Part shown: piece by piece, positions 36,012 through 44,222 of the stretch
Layout: every line of letters begins with the position of its first letter
Numbering within the stretch: position 1 is the stretch's first letter
Virus genome (UHGV): UHGV-0125682
Length of the DNA: 64,000 bases
From: a virus
Reading direction: 5' to 3' (one strand)
Notes under the pieces: generated by a model
What the model was told of the DNA's origin: nothing
The model's input: only the letters and a program-made list of their open reading frames with translations
The model's database searches: none
Program-made: the position numbers and the translations under genes

Positions 36012-37049
36012 TTACCAGAGCTTCGCGGCGTACTGCGTTTGGGGGAATGTGTATCCGTAACGTTCTTCGATTGCTTTGCCGTATTTTTTACGAGCTTCAT
36101 TCAGTTTAATGCCGGTCAGGTCGTCTCCAGAGGCCATCATTACGTCTAACAATTCCAGATCCATTTTATCCAACCTTGCCATTGCTTCACGTGATGTACG
36201 TATCTTACGCTCAATGATATGGCGAATAGCCGGATCGGCATCCTCCAGCATCTTAGCGGATTTCTGCTTAAGGCTTTCATTGCGAATATCGATGTTCCTT
36301 AAGATGTACGACTTCGCAACGTAGCTTGGCTGGTGTTTTTCCAGGTCACGAACACGATATAAGTTAAAATCGCCGAGAAGGCTGCATGGTACCGATTCGA
36401 CGCCAGAATAAATTGTAATGCTCCGGCGTTCACCAACATTATTGACAACGGGGATCGTTGTCTTCGGTAGTCTTGCGAAAACCAATGCGCCATGTGCGCC
36501 AACTCTAAAGCGAGAAAGGGCATTGCTGCCTTCGATGTTTGTTGTCAGCACAACATCTGTATATGCCTCTTTACGCGCCCGGTAGATCTCGCCTTCAGGC
36601 TCAGCTTCAAAGAAGCGCTGTTCTTCTTCAAGAGCACCTACGATTTGAGAAAAAACCCTATTTTTCAGGCTTTTCTTTATGATTTTGTCGTATTTTTTTA
36701 GCAATTGTTCACGTGTAAATGTACGTGTTGTTGTAGCGCTTTGCACAACGACATGCGTGCTTTGATTGGTGTCCTCAATGATGAATGGGATCGGAGAATA
36801 TACAGACTCAACAATGTTCGACGCTTTGCCGTCGGCATCGCGGCACATGTCAACGAAGGCTTTCCATTCAGCAAGACATTTTTCAGCTTCTTCTAATATG
36901 TTTTGGTCATGCGTTAATGCAACATGGCGGAATTCCTCGCCAGCATAACTGGTATCATGGAAAACAGAGTTTGCGACCACCAGCTCTTTCCACCGTTCAG
37001 CGGTTTGCAGGAACCGTTTGTACTCTTTCTCGATCGACTTCTTACTCAT
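36012..37049 (-). CDS. Putative C1-type immunity repressor (by position between pacB and rox)
   Basis: 345 aa; divergent from dre; operator-like motif 12 bp upstream of its start. Confidence 0.4.
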   Translation of the reverse strand: MSKKSIEKEYKRFLQTAERWKELVVANSVFHDTSYAGEEFRHVALTHDQNILEEAEKCLAEWKAFVDMCRDADGKASNIVESVYSPIPFIIEDTNQSTHVVVQSATTTRTFTREQLLKKYDKIIKKSLKNRVFSQIVGALEEEQRFFEAEPEGEIYRARKEAYTDVVLTTNIEGSNALSRFRVGAHGALVFARLPKTTIPVVNNVGERRSITIYSGVESVPCSLLGDFNLYRVRDLEKHQPSYVAKSYILRNIDIRNESLKQKSAKMLEDADPAIRHIIERKIRTSREAMARLDKMDLELLDVMMASGDDLTGIKLNEARKKYGKAIEERYGYTFPQTQYAAKLW

Positions 37050-37060
37050 TATTCCTACTC

Positions 37061-37078
37061 GATTTAGTTTTCTAACAT
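37061..37078 (-). promoter_or_regulatory. Operator-like motif (GATTTAGTTTTCTAACAT)
   Basis: Recurring motif immediately upstream of putative repressor gene. Confidence 0.45.
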
Positions 37079-37259
37079 AAAATTACTATGACAAATTTAT
37101 GTCGAATAACAGGGTGAGTAAAGGATCGAACTGTGATTTTTTGTCATCAATTTTAGAAAACCAACCGTAGAAACCACACTTCGCAAATTAAAGACCATGA
37201 AGGCAACGTGTTACTGGTCATCATCAATCTATGATGGATTAAAAAAAATCGGCATTTTA

Positions 37260-37291
37260 TAACTTTAAATAATTGGCATTATTTAAAGTTA
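37260..37291. other. rox: rox-type recombination site (14-bp inverted arms, 4-bp spacer)
   Basis: TAACTTTAAATAAT-TGGC-ATTATTTAAAGTTA; matches rox as recalled; 150 bp upstream of Cre-like gene. Confidence 0.8.
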
Positions 37292-37443
37292 GGCTATAAT
37301 CATGTGTAGATGAACAGTGTTGACATCACTGAAAATACGTGCCTCGAATCAAAGGCTTGTATTTTGAAAATTAACTTATAGCTACCCTGTCATTTTTATA
37401 TTTTTCGCGTAGCGTCATCTGTATATAGAGGTCAAATAGTTTC

Positions 37444-38472
37444 ATGGGCGAATTAATTATCTCTGGCAGTTCCGGTGGTTTTCTGCGCAACATTGGCAAA
37501 GAGTACCAGGAAGCCGCAGAAAACTTTATGCGGTTCATGAATGACCAGGGAGCTTATGCGCCGAATACTCTGCGCGACCTCCGTTTGGTGTTTCATTCCT
37601 GGGCGCGCTGGTGTCACGCTCGCCAGCTTGCCTGGTTTCCGATCTCACCAGAAATGGCCCGCGAGTATTTTCTTCAGCTGCATGATGCCGATCTGGCTTC
37701 GACCACCATTGATAAGCACTACGCCATGCTGAACATGCTGCTTTCGCATTGTGGCCTTCCACCACTTTCGGATGATAAAAGTGTTTCTCTGGCTATGCGG
37801 CGCATCCGGCGCGAAGCGGCAACTGAAAAAGGCGAACGAACAGGCCAGGCTATACCGCTGCGGTGGGACGATCTGAAACTGCTCGACGTCCTGTTGTCCA
37901 GGTCTGAACGGCTGGTGGCCCTGCGCAACCGGGCTTTTCTCTTTGTTGCATACAATACGCTGATGCGTATGTCGGAAATCTCGCGTATTCGTGTAGGAGA
38001 TCTGGACCAAACAGGTGACACTGTCACGCTACATATTTCACACACGAAGACAATAACGACCGCCGCCGGGCTTGATAAGGTGCTTTCCCGTCGCACTACC
38101 GCTGTGCTGAATGACTGGCTGGATGTTTCCGGGCTTCGCGAACATCCTGACGCAGTGCTGTTCCCGCCGATACACCGTAGCAATAAGGCCAGGATCACGA
38201 TAACGCCCCTTACTGCACCTGCAATGGAGAAAATATTCAGCGACGCCTGGGTGTTGCTGAATAAAGGAGATGCTACGCCAAACAAAGGAAGATACCGGAC
38301 GTGGACCGGGCATAGTGCACGCGTCGGGGCCGCTATCGATATGGCTGAAAAGCAGGTCTCTATGGTGGAGATTATGCAGGAAGGAACCTGGAAGAAACCG
38401 GAAACACTTATGCGGTATCTGCGCCGTGGCGGCGTGTCTGTGGGGGCTAATAGCCGCCTGATGGATTTATAA
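37444..38472 (+). CDS. dre: Tyrosine site-specific recombinase, Cre family (Dre-like)
   Basis: 342 aa; Cre-like ...WTGHSARVGAAIDMAEKQVSMVEIMQEGTWK...; 34 bp cognate inverted-repeat site upstream. Confidence 0.9.
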   Translation: MGELIISGSSGGFLRNIGKEYQEAAENFMRFMNDQGAYAPNTLRDLRLVFHSWARWCHARQLAWFPISPEMAREYFLQLHDADLASTTIDKHYAMLNMLLSHCGLPPLSDDKSVSLAMRRIRREAATEKGERTGQAIPLRWDDLKLLDVLLSRSERLVALRNRAFLFVAYNTLMRMSEISRIRVGDLDQTGDTVTLHISHTKTITTAAGLDKVLSRRTTAVLNDWLDVSGLREHPDAVLFPPIHRSNKARITITPLTAPAMEKIFSDAWVLLNKGDATPNKGRYRTWTGHSARVGAAIDMAEKQVSMVEIMQEGTWKKPETLMRYLRRGGVSVGANSRLMDL

Positions 38473-38488
38473 ATTAAATTTCTAACAC
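38471..38488 (-). promoter_or_regulatory. Operator-like motif (AAATTAAATTTCTAACAC)
   Basis: Recurring motif just after dre stop. Confidence 0.4.
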
Positions 38489-38545
38489 ATCTTTTTAGAT
38501 TAACATCTTTGCTGTAAAGTACCCTCGCCTATTTAGGAGGGTGCT

Positions 38546-38890
38546 TTGCAGAGTCAAATCACGGAATCAAGACGCTTCAAGGTGGATGGTTACACCGTAA
38601 CCTTCGCCGCTGGTGTTAAGAACAGTCATGCTGTCGTTGTGTTCGGCATCATGACCGGGCTTGAGGCCGTCCCTGTGTTTACCCTCGAAAAAAACTGGCG
38701 AAATCTGGAGGAAGCAGAAAGCTACGTCCGGAAAGTAACCATCATTGCCGCCGAAAAACTCCTGGCCCACTATCAGGAAAATTATCGCACTATGGTCGAG
38801 AAGATTAATCTCGCTTTCACTCGCCCCACTACCGGCTTTATTGCACCGGATACTAATGCAGGTCGATATCCTGCAAGGGGGCGTCGGTGA
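38546..38890 (+). CDS. Hypothetical protein
   Basis: 114 aa; TTG start with RBS TAGGAGGG. Confidence 0.45.
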   Translation: MQSQITESRRFKVDGYTVTFAAGVKNSHAVVVFGIMTGLEAVPVFTLEKNWRNLEEAESYVRKVTIIAAEKLLAHYQENYRTMVEKINLAFTRPTTGFIAPDTNAGRYPARGRR

Positions 38891-39363
38891 AAACTTATTA
38901 CCCATCTCTGAATTGTTACCCGTCTTCCTATCCAGAATTATCCGGGAAGCTGTTAGCTCTATTAGCTAAAGCACCTACGGAATGGTTTAAGCCAGTCGTT
39001 ATCAATCCACACTTCCTGGATTACGGATCTGTTCGCACTCGTAACGAACTCAAAAACCTACTGGCGCATGGATTCATTCGACACCGTGCCGGGAAAGGCT
39101 ATCAGTTAGCGATTGCGCCAGAAGAGGCCGTGCGGCTATTCGCATATCGTGACAGCCAGACAAAAGCTCGGGTAATAGCTCAAATACTTCTTAACGGCAG
39201 CACCTATGCCCGCCAGTTTGGCGGCGACACGTCGCAGTTCTTGCGGGCGGTGCGATCGCTGGAGGAGCAAGGGGTTATTGAAAGTTCCTGTCTTCCTGTT
39301 CCTACCGTTCCACATATCAAACGTCGGGTTTACACCTTCACGCAGAGAGCTAAAAAACAATGA
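38887..39363 (+). CDS. Hypothetical protein
   Basis: 158 aa; GTG start overlapping upstream stop. Confidence 0.45.
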   Translation: MKTYYPSLNCYPSSYPELSGKLLALLAKAPTEWFKPVVINPHFLDYGSVRTRNELKNLLAHGFIRHRAGKGYQLAIAPEEAVRLFAYRDSQTKARVIAQILLNGSTYARQFGGDTSQFLRAVRSLEEQGVIESSCLPVPTVPHIKRRVYTFTQRAKKQ

Positions 39364-39854
39364 TTTACGTAAAAGTGAAACGCCTACATCCGGCAGCAAA
39401 ACTTCCAGCTTATGCCACCTCCGGATCGGCGGCGATGGATTTTGAGGCTGTTGAAATAAAACCATGCGTCGATAGCAATGGTGCAATTTCCTCAAGCTGG
39501 TGGGTGTACACCGGACTGGCTATGGAGATCCCGCCCGGCTGGTGTCTGAAACTCTATCCGCGCTCCGGATTGGGCTGCAAAAAACATACTCGCTTGGCTA
39601 ACTGCGTAGGAATTATCGACTCCGATTATCGCGGTGAAATCATGGCAAAACTGATTACTGATCCAGGCGGGGAAGTCGTTCGTCTCAAGCCTGGAATGGC
39701 TGTCATGCAAGGCATTTTTGAGCGTGTTGAACAAGTCTCACTAGTCGAGGTTGAGGAACTCAACGAAACGGAGCGTGGTGCTGGTGGCTTTGGTAGCACA
39801 TCGGAAGGCCACTTTGAAATAAAGCGTTCACCGCTTCAGTACGAAAAGTTATAA
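39360..39854 (+). CDS. dut: dUTP diphosphatase
   Basis: 164 aa; motifs AYATSGSAAMD, RSGLG.K, GIIDSDYRGE, GGFGSTS. Confidence 0.9.
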   Translation: MIYVKVKRLHPAAKLPAYATSGSAAMDFEAVEIKPCVDSNGAISSSWWVYTGLAMEIPPGWCLKLYPRSGLGCKKHTRLANCVGIIDSDYRGEIMAKLITDPGGEVVRLKPGMAVMQGIFERVEQVSLVEVEELNETERGAGGFGSTSEGHFEIKRSPLQYEKL

Positions 39855-39868
39855 GCAGAGAAAAGACC

Positions 39869-40636
39869 ATGAATAACATGAAAACAATTCAATACCGCTT
39901 GCGTAATGGCCTGCTGGTGGCTGTTAACGCCGACATGTCACTGCCGTTTGACACGATTGAACGCACTATCATGACGTATCTCGGCTTTAATGAAGAGCTG
40001 AATGAAGAGCATGGCGTAGCTATATGGAGTGATGCAGAAAGCGGCGTTCATCGTTACATCACCGCCAGGGGCAAAGACTACTCTCTTGAAGAACTGTTTA
40101 CCCTTGCACAGTCTTTCGAATGTGTAGCATTAGACCTGTTTAATGATCCTGCTATAGCGCAACGACTTATACGCGAGTTTGGGCTATCCGTTACACCAAT
40201 TATCTTTAAAAATGGCAGCCTGACTGGCACATGGCGCGTAGAACGCATCTCAAACTACCTTCCATATAACCGACAGTTAAATGGAGTAATCTCCGGCGTT
40301 AATCAGCCCGTAGCGTGTGAAAATGTAAACCTGGTTGTCGCTGTTTTGGCAACCGCATGTCGTGTTATCGGTTTGGCTAAACAGGCATTTATTCATTTCC
40401 CAAATGGTGCAGAAGGTAGCGCAGAGATTATCGCGTGTGATTTCGAATTTACCTGGATGCTACGCGAATATCTGGACCAAACAGTATTCCGTGCCGAAGA
40501 ACTGGATATGTATATCACGTCAACGATTCCAGACGATGTGCGAGCTGAAGCAATCGCTACAGCCAGGGCGAAATGCCGTGCGGCGATTGCAGAACAGGCC
40601 AAAGAAGAAGTTAAGGAAGTGGCAGATGGCGACTAA
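39869..40636 (+). CDS. Hypothetical protein (upstream partner of PacB paralogue)
   Basis: 255 aa; stop overlaps next ATG by 11 nt. Confidence 0.5.
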   Translation: MNNMKTIQYRLRNGLLVAVNADMSLPFDTIERTIMTYLGFNEELNEEHGVAIWSDAESGVHRYITARGKDYSLEELFTLAQSFECVALDLFNDPAIAQRLIREFGLSVTPIIFKNGSLTGTWRVERISNYLPYNRQLNGVISGVNQPVACENVNLVVAVLATACRVIGLAKQAFIHFPNGAEGSAEIIACDFEFTWMLREYLDQTVFRAEELDMYITSTIPDDVRAEAIATARAKCRAAIAEQAKEEVKEVADGD

Positions 40637-41720
40637 GAGCAATATTTATAAAGATCCGCGCTGGCTGTCGCTGGTGGAGAAATATAAAGACAATTGGGTA
40701 CTGGCAGCAAAAGAATTGTTTGATATTGATTTAAGCCACCAGCAACAACAAATTGTTGAAGCTATACAGCCCAATAATGCAAAAGCTACTGTCACCACTC
40801 CGTATGGGATCGGACGACCGCAAGTGCTTGCTGTTATTAGTACCCTTTATACGATTATGTATCCTGATTCCCGGACAGTAATTGTTTATCCAAAATCAAA
40901 TGTTTGCAAAAGAGGAATTGTTGCATATGTGTGGCAATGTTGGGAGGCATTGCTGAAAAAACAACCTTTTATCATTGAGTATTTTAAGGTCGGTGATAGC
41001 GGTCTGATGTTCAATGAATTTTGGGGAATGTGCTTTTGTAACTACCGCCTTAACTATGAAGATAGCATTGCAGGTCACTACGCCGACCATCTTTTATTCA
41101 TTATTGTGGATTCCGCACATATCAGCGATCGGGCATACAGCATTGTGTGGGCAAGCATGACTAGTGGTGATTCACGCATATTGCTCACTTCAATTCCGTC
41201 ACCAGAGGAAATAGGCTTTTTTTATGATTCACATCATGGACGTGCTTTAGCTGAAGATAATCCGAGTGGTGTATATAAAGCCATTAAGCTGAGTGCGGAG
41301 GATTCACCATTTATTACCCAAGAATATCTTGATCATTTTGCCGAAAGGTATGGCGGGCGAAATAGTGATGACTATCGTCGTATGATTCTTGGTGAGTTCC
41401 CTGGTATTAGGGAGGCTGTTCTTGAATCAGATATGCCGAAGACAATGCGCTTTTCGATGCCTGATGGTAGTGAATGGACAATGCCATTACGAGTGATAGC
41501 CCGGCATCATGCGCAGCACCACGCCAAAAAACATGGCGTCACAACATTAGAATGGTTGAAATCGCACACTATTCCACTCTTCACTGCAGATCACAATGCT
41601 ATCGTTGAGTGGGCAAAAACAATTCCGTGGGAGCATGTCGCTGAATATGCTCACATGCTAAAACCGCCGAAAGACAGGCACGAAATTAGCTGGCTGACAG
41701 CCGAAAAAATCATTGAATGA
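40626..41720 (+). CDS. PacB-paralogous terminase-ATPase-like protein with degenerate Walker motifs
   Basis: ~364 aa from ATG 40626; aligns with PacB N-terminal ~270 aa (DPRW, HQQQQI, FYDSHH conserved); Walker A is TTPYGIGRPQ (no GKS/T), Walker B is LLFIIVDSAH (DE to DS); no PacB-like C-terminal nuclease region. Confidence 0.7.
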   Translation: MATKSNIYKDPRWLSLVEKYKDNWVLAAKELFDIDLSHQQQQIVEAIQPNNAKATVTTPYGIGRPQVLAVISTLYTIMYPDSRTVIVYPKSNVCKRGIVAYVWQCWEALLKKQPFIIEYFKVGDSGLMFNEFWGMCFCNYRLNYEDSIAGHYADHLLFIIVDSAHISDRAYSIVWASMTSGDSRILLTSIPSPEEIGFFYDSHHGRALAEDNPSGVYKAIKLSAEDSPFITQEYLDHFAERYGGRNSDDYRRMILGEFPGIREAVLESDMPKTMRFSMPDGSEWTMPLRVIARHHAQHHAKKHGVTTLEWLKSHTIPLFTADHNAIVEWAKTIPWEHVAEYAHMLKPPKDRHEISWLTAEKIIE

Positions 41721-41755
41721 TAGTAAGAAGCCCGCCTGGTTGAGCGGGCTTCTTT

Positions 41756-42136
41756 TCAAATATTGGAACCATATAGTTCACGTAGTTTTTTCGCTACTGA
41801 AGATACGGGGATTTCACCAGTTGCAGCCCCCACTGCAAGCTCCACCAGCACGGGATCATCATATACCTGTATACCGTTACGGCGTAGAAATAGCAGCGCA
41901 CTGTTTAGCGCGGTACGCTTATTGGCATCATTGAATATATGCCCTCTCGCCGTAGCCACCAGGTAGGTGGCGGAGACTTCGAAAAGGTCGGTGATCTCTT
42001 CGTAGGCAACTCTGGCCTGAACTCTCCCGATAATGGCCTCTGCCCTACCCGGATCTGACATTCCCGGCAGGCCGCCGTAGCGGCTTATATTCGCATCATG
42101 AAGCGCAATAAGTTCTTCCGGTGATATATGCCTCAT
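41756..42136 (-). CDS. doc: Doc toxin (Fic-family kinase; death on curing)
   Basis: 126 aa [25 protein letters not shown]...; near-identical to P1 Doc as recalled; overlaps phd stop. Confidence 0.95.
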
Positions 42137-42357
42137 TATCGGTTAACCAGTTCCTTGTTGGTGGAGTCCAGGGTGTCAAACAGGGATGCAAATTCGGCAT
42201 CCAGCGCCGCTTTTTTGTAGGCTTCAAAAGTAGCCTTGCTAACAATTACTGCTGGCTCACGGCCTCTGCGGGTGATTTCAACCTCTTCCCCGGCTTCAAC
42301 ATTGTTGAGCACTTCAGAAAGGTTGCCGCGCGCGGTACGGAAGTTAATGGATTGCAT
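42136..42357 (-). CDS. phd: Phd antitoxin
   Basis: 73 aa from second Met: [39 protein letters not shown]... Confidence 0.95.
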
Positions 42358-42465
42358 AAACACCTCGTGTGCTCGTTATGTGTACGCAATTATAGGTTTT
42401 AATGATGCTGAATACCACTTCTTGGTGCCTTAAATCCTCGAGATGCAGTCTTGCAATTGCTGGGA

Positions 42466-42888
42466 TTAAGCAGAATAAGTGGTTGGAATTCTGAGCAGTA
42501 ATCCAATCTTGGCTATGTGCTCATATGGCAGCTCTCCGGTTTTACCATCATGTATCGAGGCTATCAGATTCAATTCTTGCGCCGCTTTACGAATTTCAGT
42601 TTCTGATGGAACAAGGCGAAAACCGATGTGTAACATTTTGATATAGAAAGGTAATAGTTCGTACTTCACCCGTAACTGTGCTGCCGCATCTTTCAAATCA
42701 TGGATGATTTCTTGTTTTAAGTCAGAGCGGGGATTCGATAGCTTTGCTTGGTTAGACAATAACAGATGCGATATTTCCCCCAACTGTTCCTTGAATGAAA
42801 TGTAAGACTCAACCCCCTTGATGATGAGTCGACCTAGGACAAAAACGCTTACTCCAGTGACAACAGTGACAAAAGCAGACGAACTCAT
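42466..42888 (-). CDS. Hypothetical membrane protein
   Basis: 140 aa with N-terminal TM helix. Confidence 0.5.
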   Translation of the reverse strand: MSSSAFVTVVTGVSVFVLGRLIIKGVESYISFKEQLGEISHLLLSNQAKLSNPRSDLKQEIIHDLKDAAAQLRVKYELLPFYIKMLHIGFRLVPSETEIRKAAQELNLIASIHDGKTGELPYEHIAKIGLLLRIPTTYSA

Positions 42889-43022
42889 TCGCGTACCTAA
42901 AAAGAGAATTATAACCTCATCTTATCTTCAAGTGAGTAACCGCGTCTAATGGGAGGAATCATTTAAATGGCCAGGGCGATATAGATCCAGTCATGCCTCT
43001 CTATGGTTTCTCTGAAAACAAA

Positions 43023-43412
43023 TCATATAGCAGGACTATCATCAAATTCACCGCCCCTGGCGTCATTGATAATGTGGGTGATCACACCAAAAACAGCATT
43101 ACTACCCGTGTAACCATCGTCATCTACTGGTAACGCCTCTTTCTTCCCGGTGCTTAAATCCTCCAGGTGCTGGCGCGGATACTTCCGGTATCTTTTTACG
43201 CGATATTCTCCCTCCATAGCGCATATAAGCAGTGAGCCATCAACCGGAGTAAGTGAGGAATCAACCACCAGCAAAGCACCTTGCAATATTCCCTCACGGT
43301 GATGGCTGTCTGCCGCCCGCATGAAGTAGGTCGCTGAAGGATGTCTGATTAGTTGCTGATCAAGAGAAATACGGCTTTCAACATAATCCGCCGCAGGAGA
43401 AGGGAAGCCCAT
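43023..43412 (-). CDS. humD: UmuD'-like protein (P1 HumD homologue)
   Basis: 129 aa; GFPSPAADYVE...HPSATYF... matches UmuD' N-terminus; LexA box at its promoter. Confidence 0.85.
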   Translation of the reverse strand: MGFPSPAADYVESRISLDQQLIRHPSATYFMRAADSHHREGILQGALLVVDSSLTPVDGSLLICAMEGEYRVKRYRKYPRQHLEDLSTGKKEALPVDDDGYTGSNAVFGVITHIINDARGGEFDDSPAI

Positions 43413-43430
43413 AGCGTTTTACCTTAATGA

Positions 43431-43450
43431 TACTGTTTATTCATACAGTA
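43431..43450. promoter_or_regulatory. LexA (SOS) box
   Basis: TACTGT-TTATTCAT-ACAGTA between humD and divergent 43603 gene. Confidence 0.8.
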
Positions 43451-43602
43451 TACATTGAAAAGGCATAGTTTGTGAAAGCGGGGTTTGTAAGCAACGCCGC
43501 TGGCGGCAAGGTCTACGTTCACCTTGTCTCGCTCTTCCTGGCTTTTAGCTGCTATATTTCGATCTGACACAAGAAACCTCCAGGAGTTAGTGGATCAGGC
43601 AC

Positions 43603-43953
43603 ATGCACAATAACGTTCTCAATGTTAGCCGTTCAATTCAGACAATCAGAGACTGCACCAGTGTGGTGGCATCAATCCCATTGCGAAACAGCATAGACGA
43701 ACTGCAAATTCGTGTATTGAATCCGAATCAGGCTAATAAGCAATTGCGCTTTATTTTGACGCTGAAAAGTGAAACAGAGGGGATAAAGCACAGCGTAAAA
43801 GTGTTTTCTGAGGCCATTCTGCTTAATGGGAAGCTCCGGCATCTGGTAAGGCCAGAACGTCAATATCCTGACGTCCTGGCGCGTGAAAAAGACCTTCTTT
43901 CTGAAGTTCAGGATAGGGTGATCGATTTCGTCAAATGCTATCCCCTGCATTGA
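43603..43953 (+). CDS. Hypothetical protein (possibly LexA-regulated)
   Basis: 116 aa; divergent from humD across the LexA box. Confidence 0.5.
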   Translation: MHNNVLNVSRSIQTIRDCTSVVASIPLRNSIDELQIRVLNPNQANKQLRFILTLKSETEGIKHSVKVFSEAILLNGKLRHLVRPERQYPDVLAREKDLLSEVQDRVIDFVKCYPLH

Positions 43954-44222
43954 GGGCAGGTGTTCCCTTCCGCAAAGTAGGGAAAACTGCTATCAAGTTC
44001 ATCACACCATCTGCGATGGTCGTAGCACCAAAACGCCTCCCACGGTGCACGGAAATACTTCATCCACCAGGACACTCGATCAGGTATATCTGCTGGTGGC
44101 AGTTCTTCTGGCAATAATTTGCCTGATAATTCCCTTTCCGCCCGCGACAGCATTTTTTTGAGGCTCGCGTTCTCTTTTTCAAGCTCATCTACGCGCACCT
44201 GTAATTCAGCTTTCGTTGGCAT
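43938..44222 (-). CDS. Hypothetical protein with C-terminal Cys cluster
   Basis: ~94 aa from MPTKAELQ...; ends ...CPQCRG. Confidence 0.4.
   Translation of the reverse strand: MPTKAELQVRVDELEKENASLKKMLSRAERELSGKLLPEELPPADIPDRVSWWMKYFRAPWEAFWCYDHRRWCDELDSSFPYFAEGNTCPQCRG

Noticed and set aside
37535-38313. Antisense ORFs within the recombinase gene (37535-37765, 37645-38010, 37719-38285, 38038-38313)
   Set aside because: The sense frame encodes an unmistakable Cre-family recombinase.
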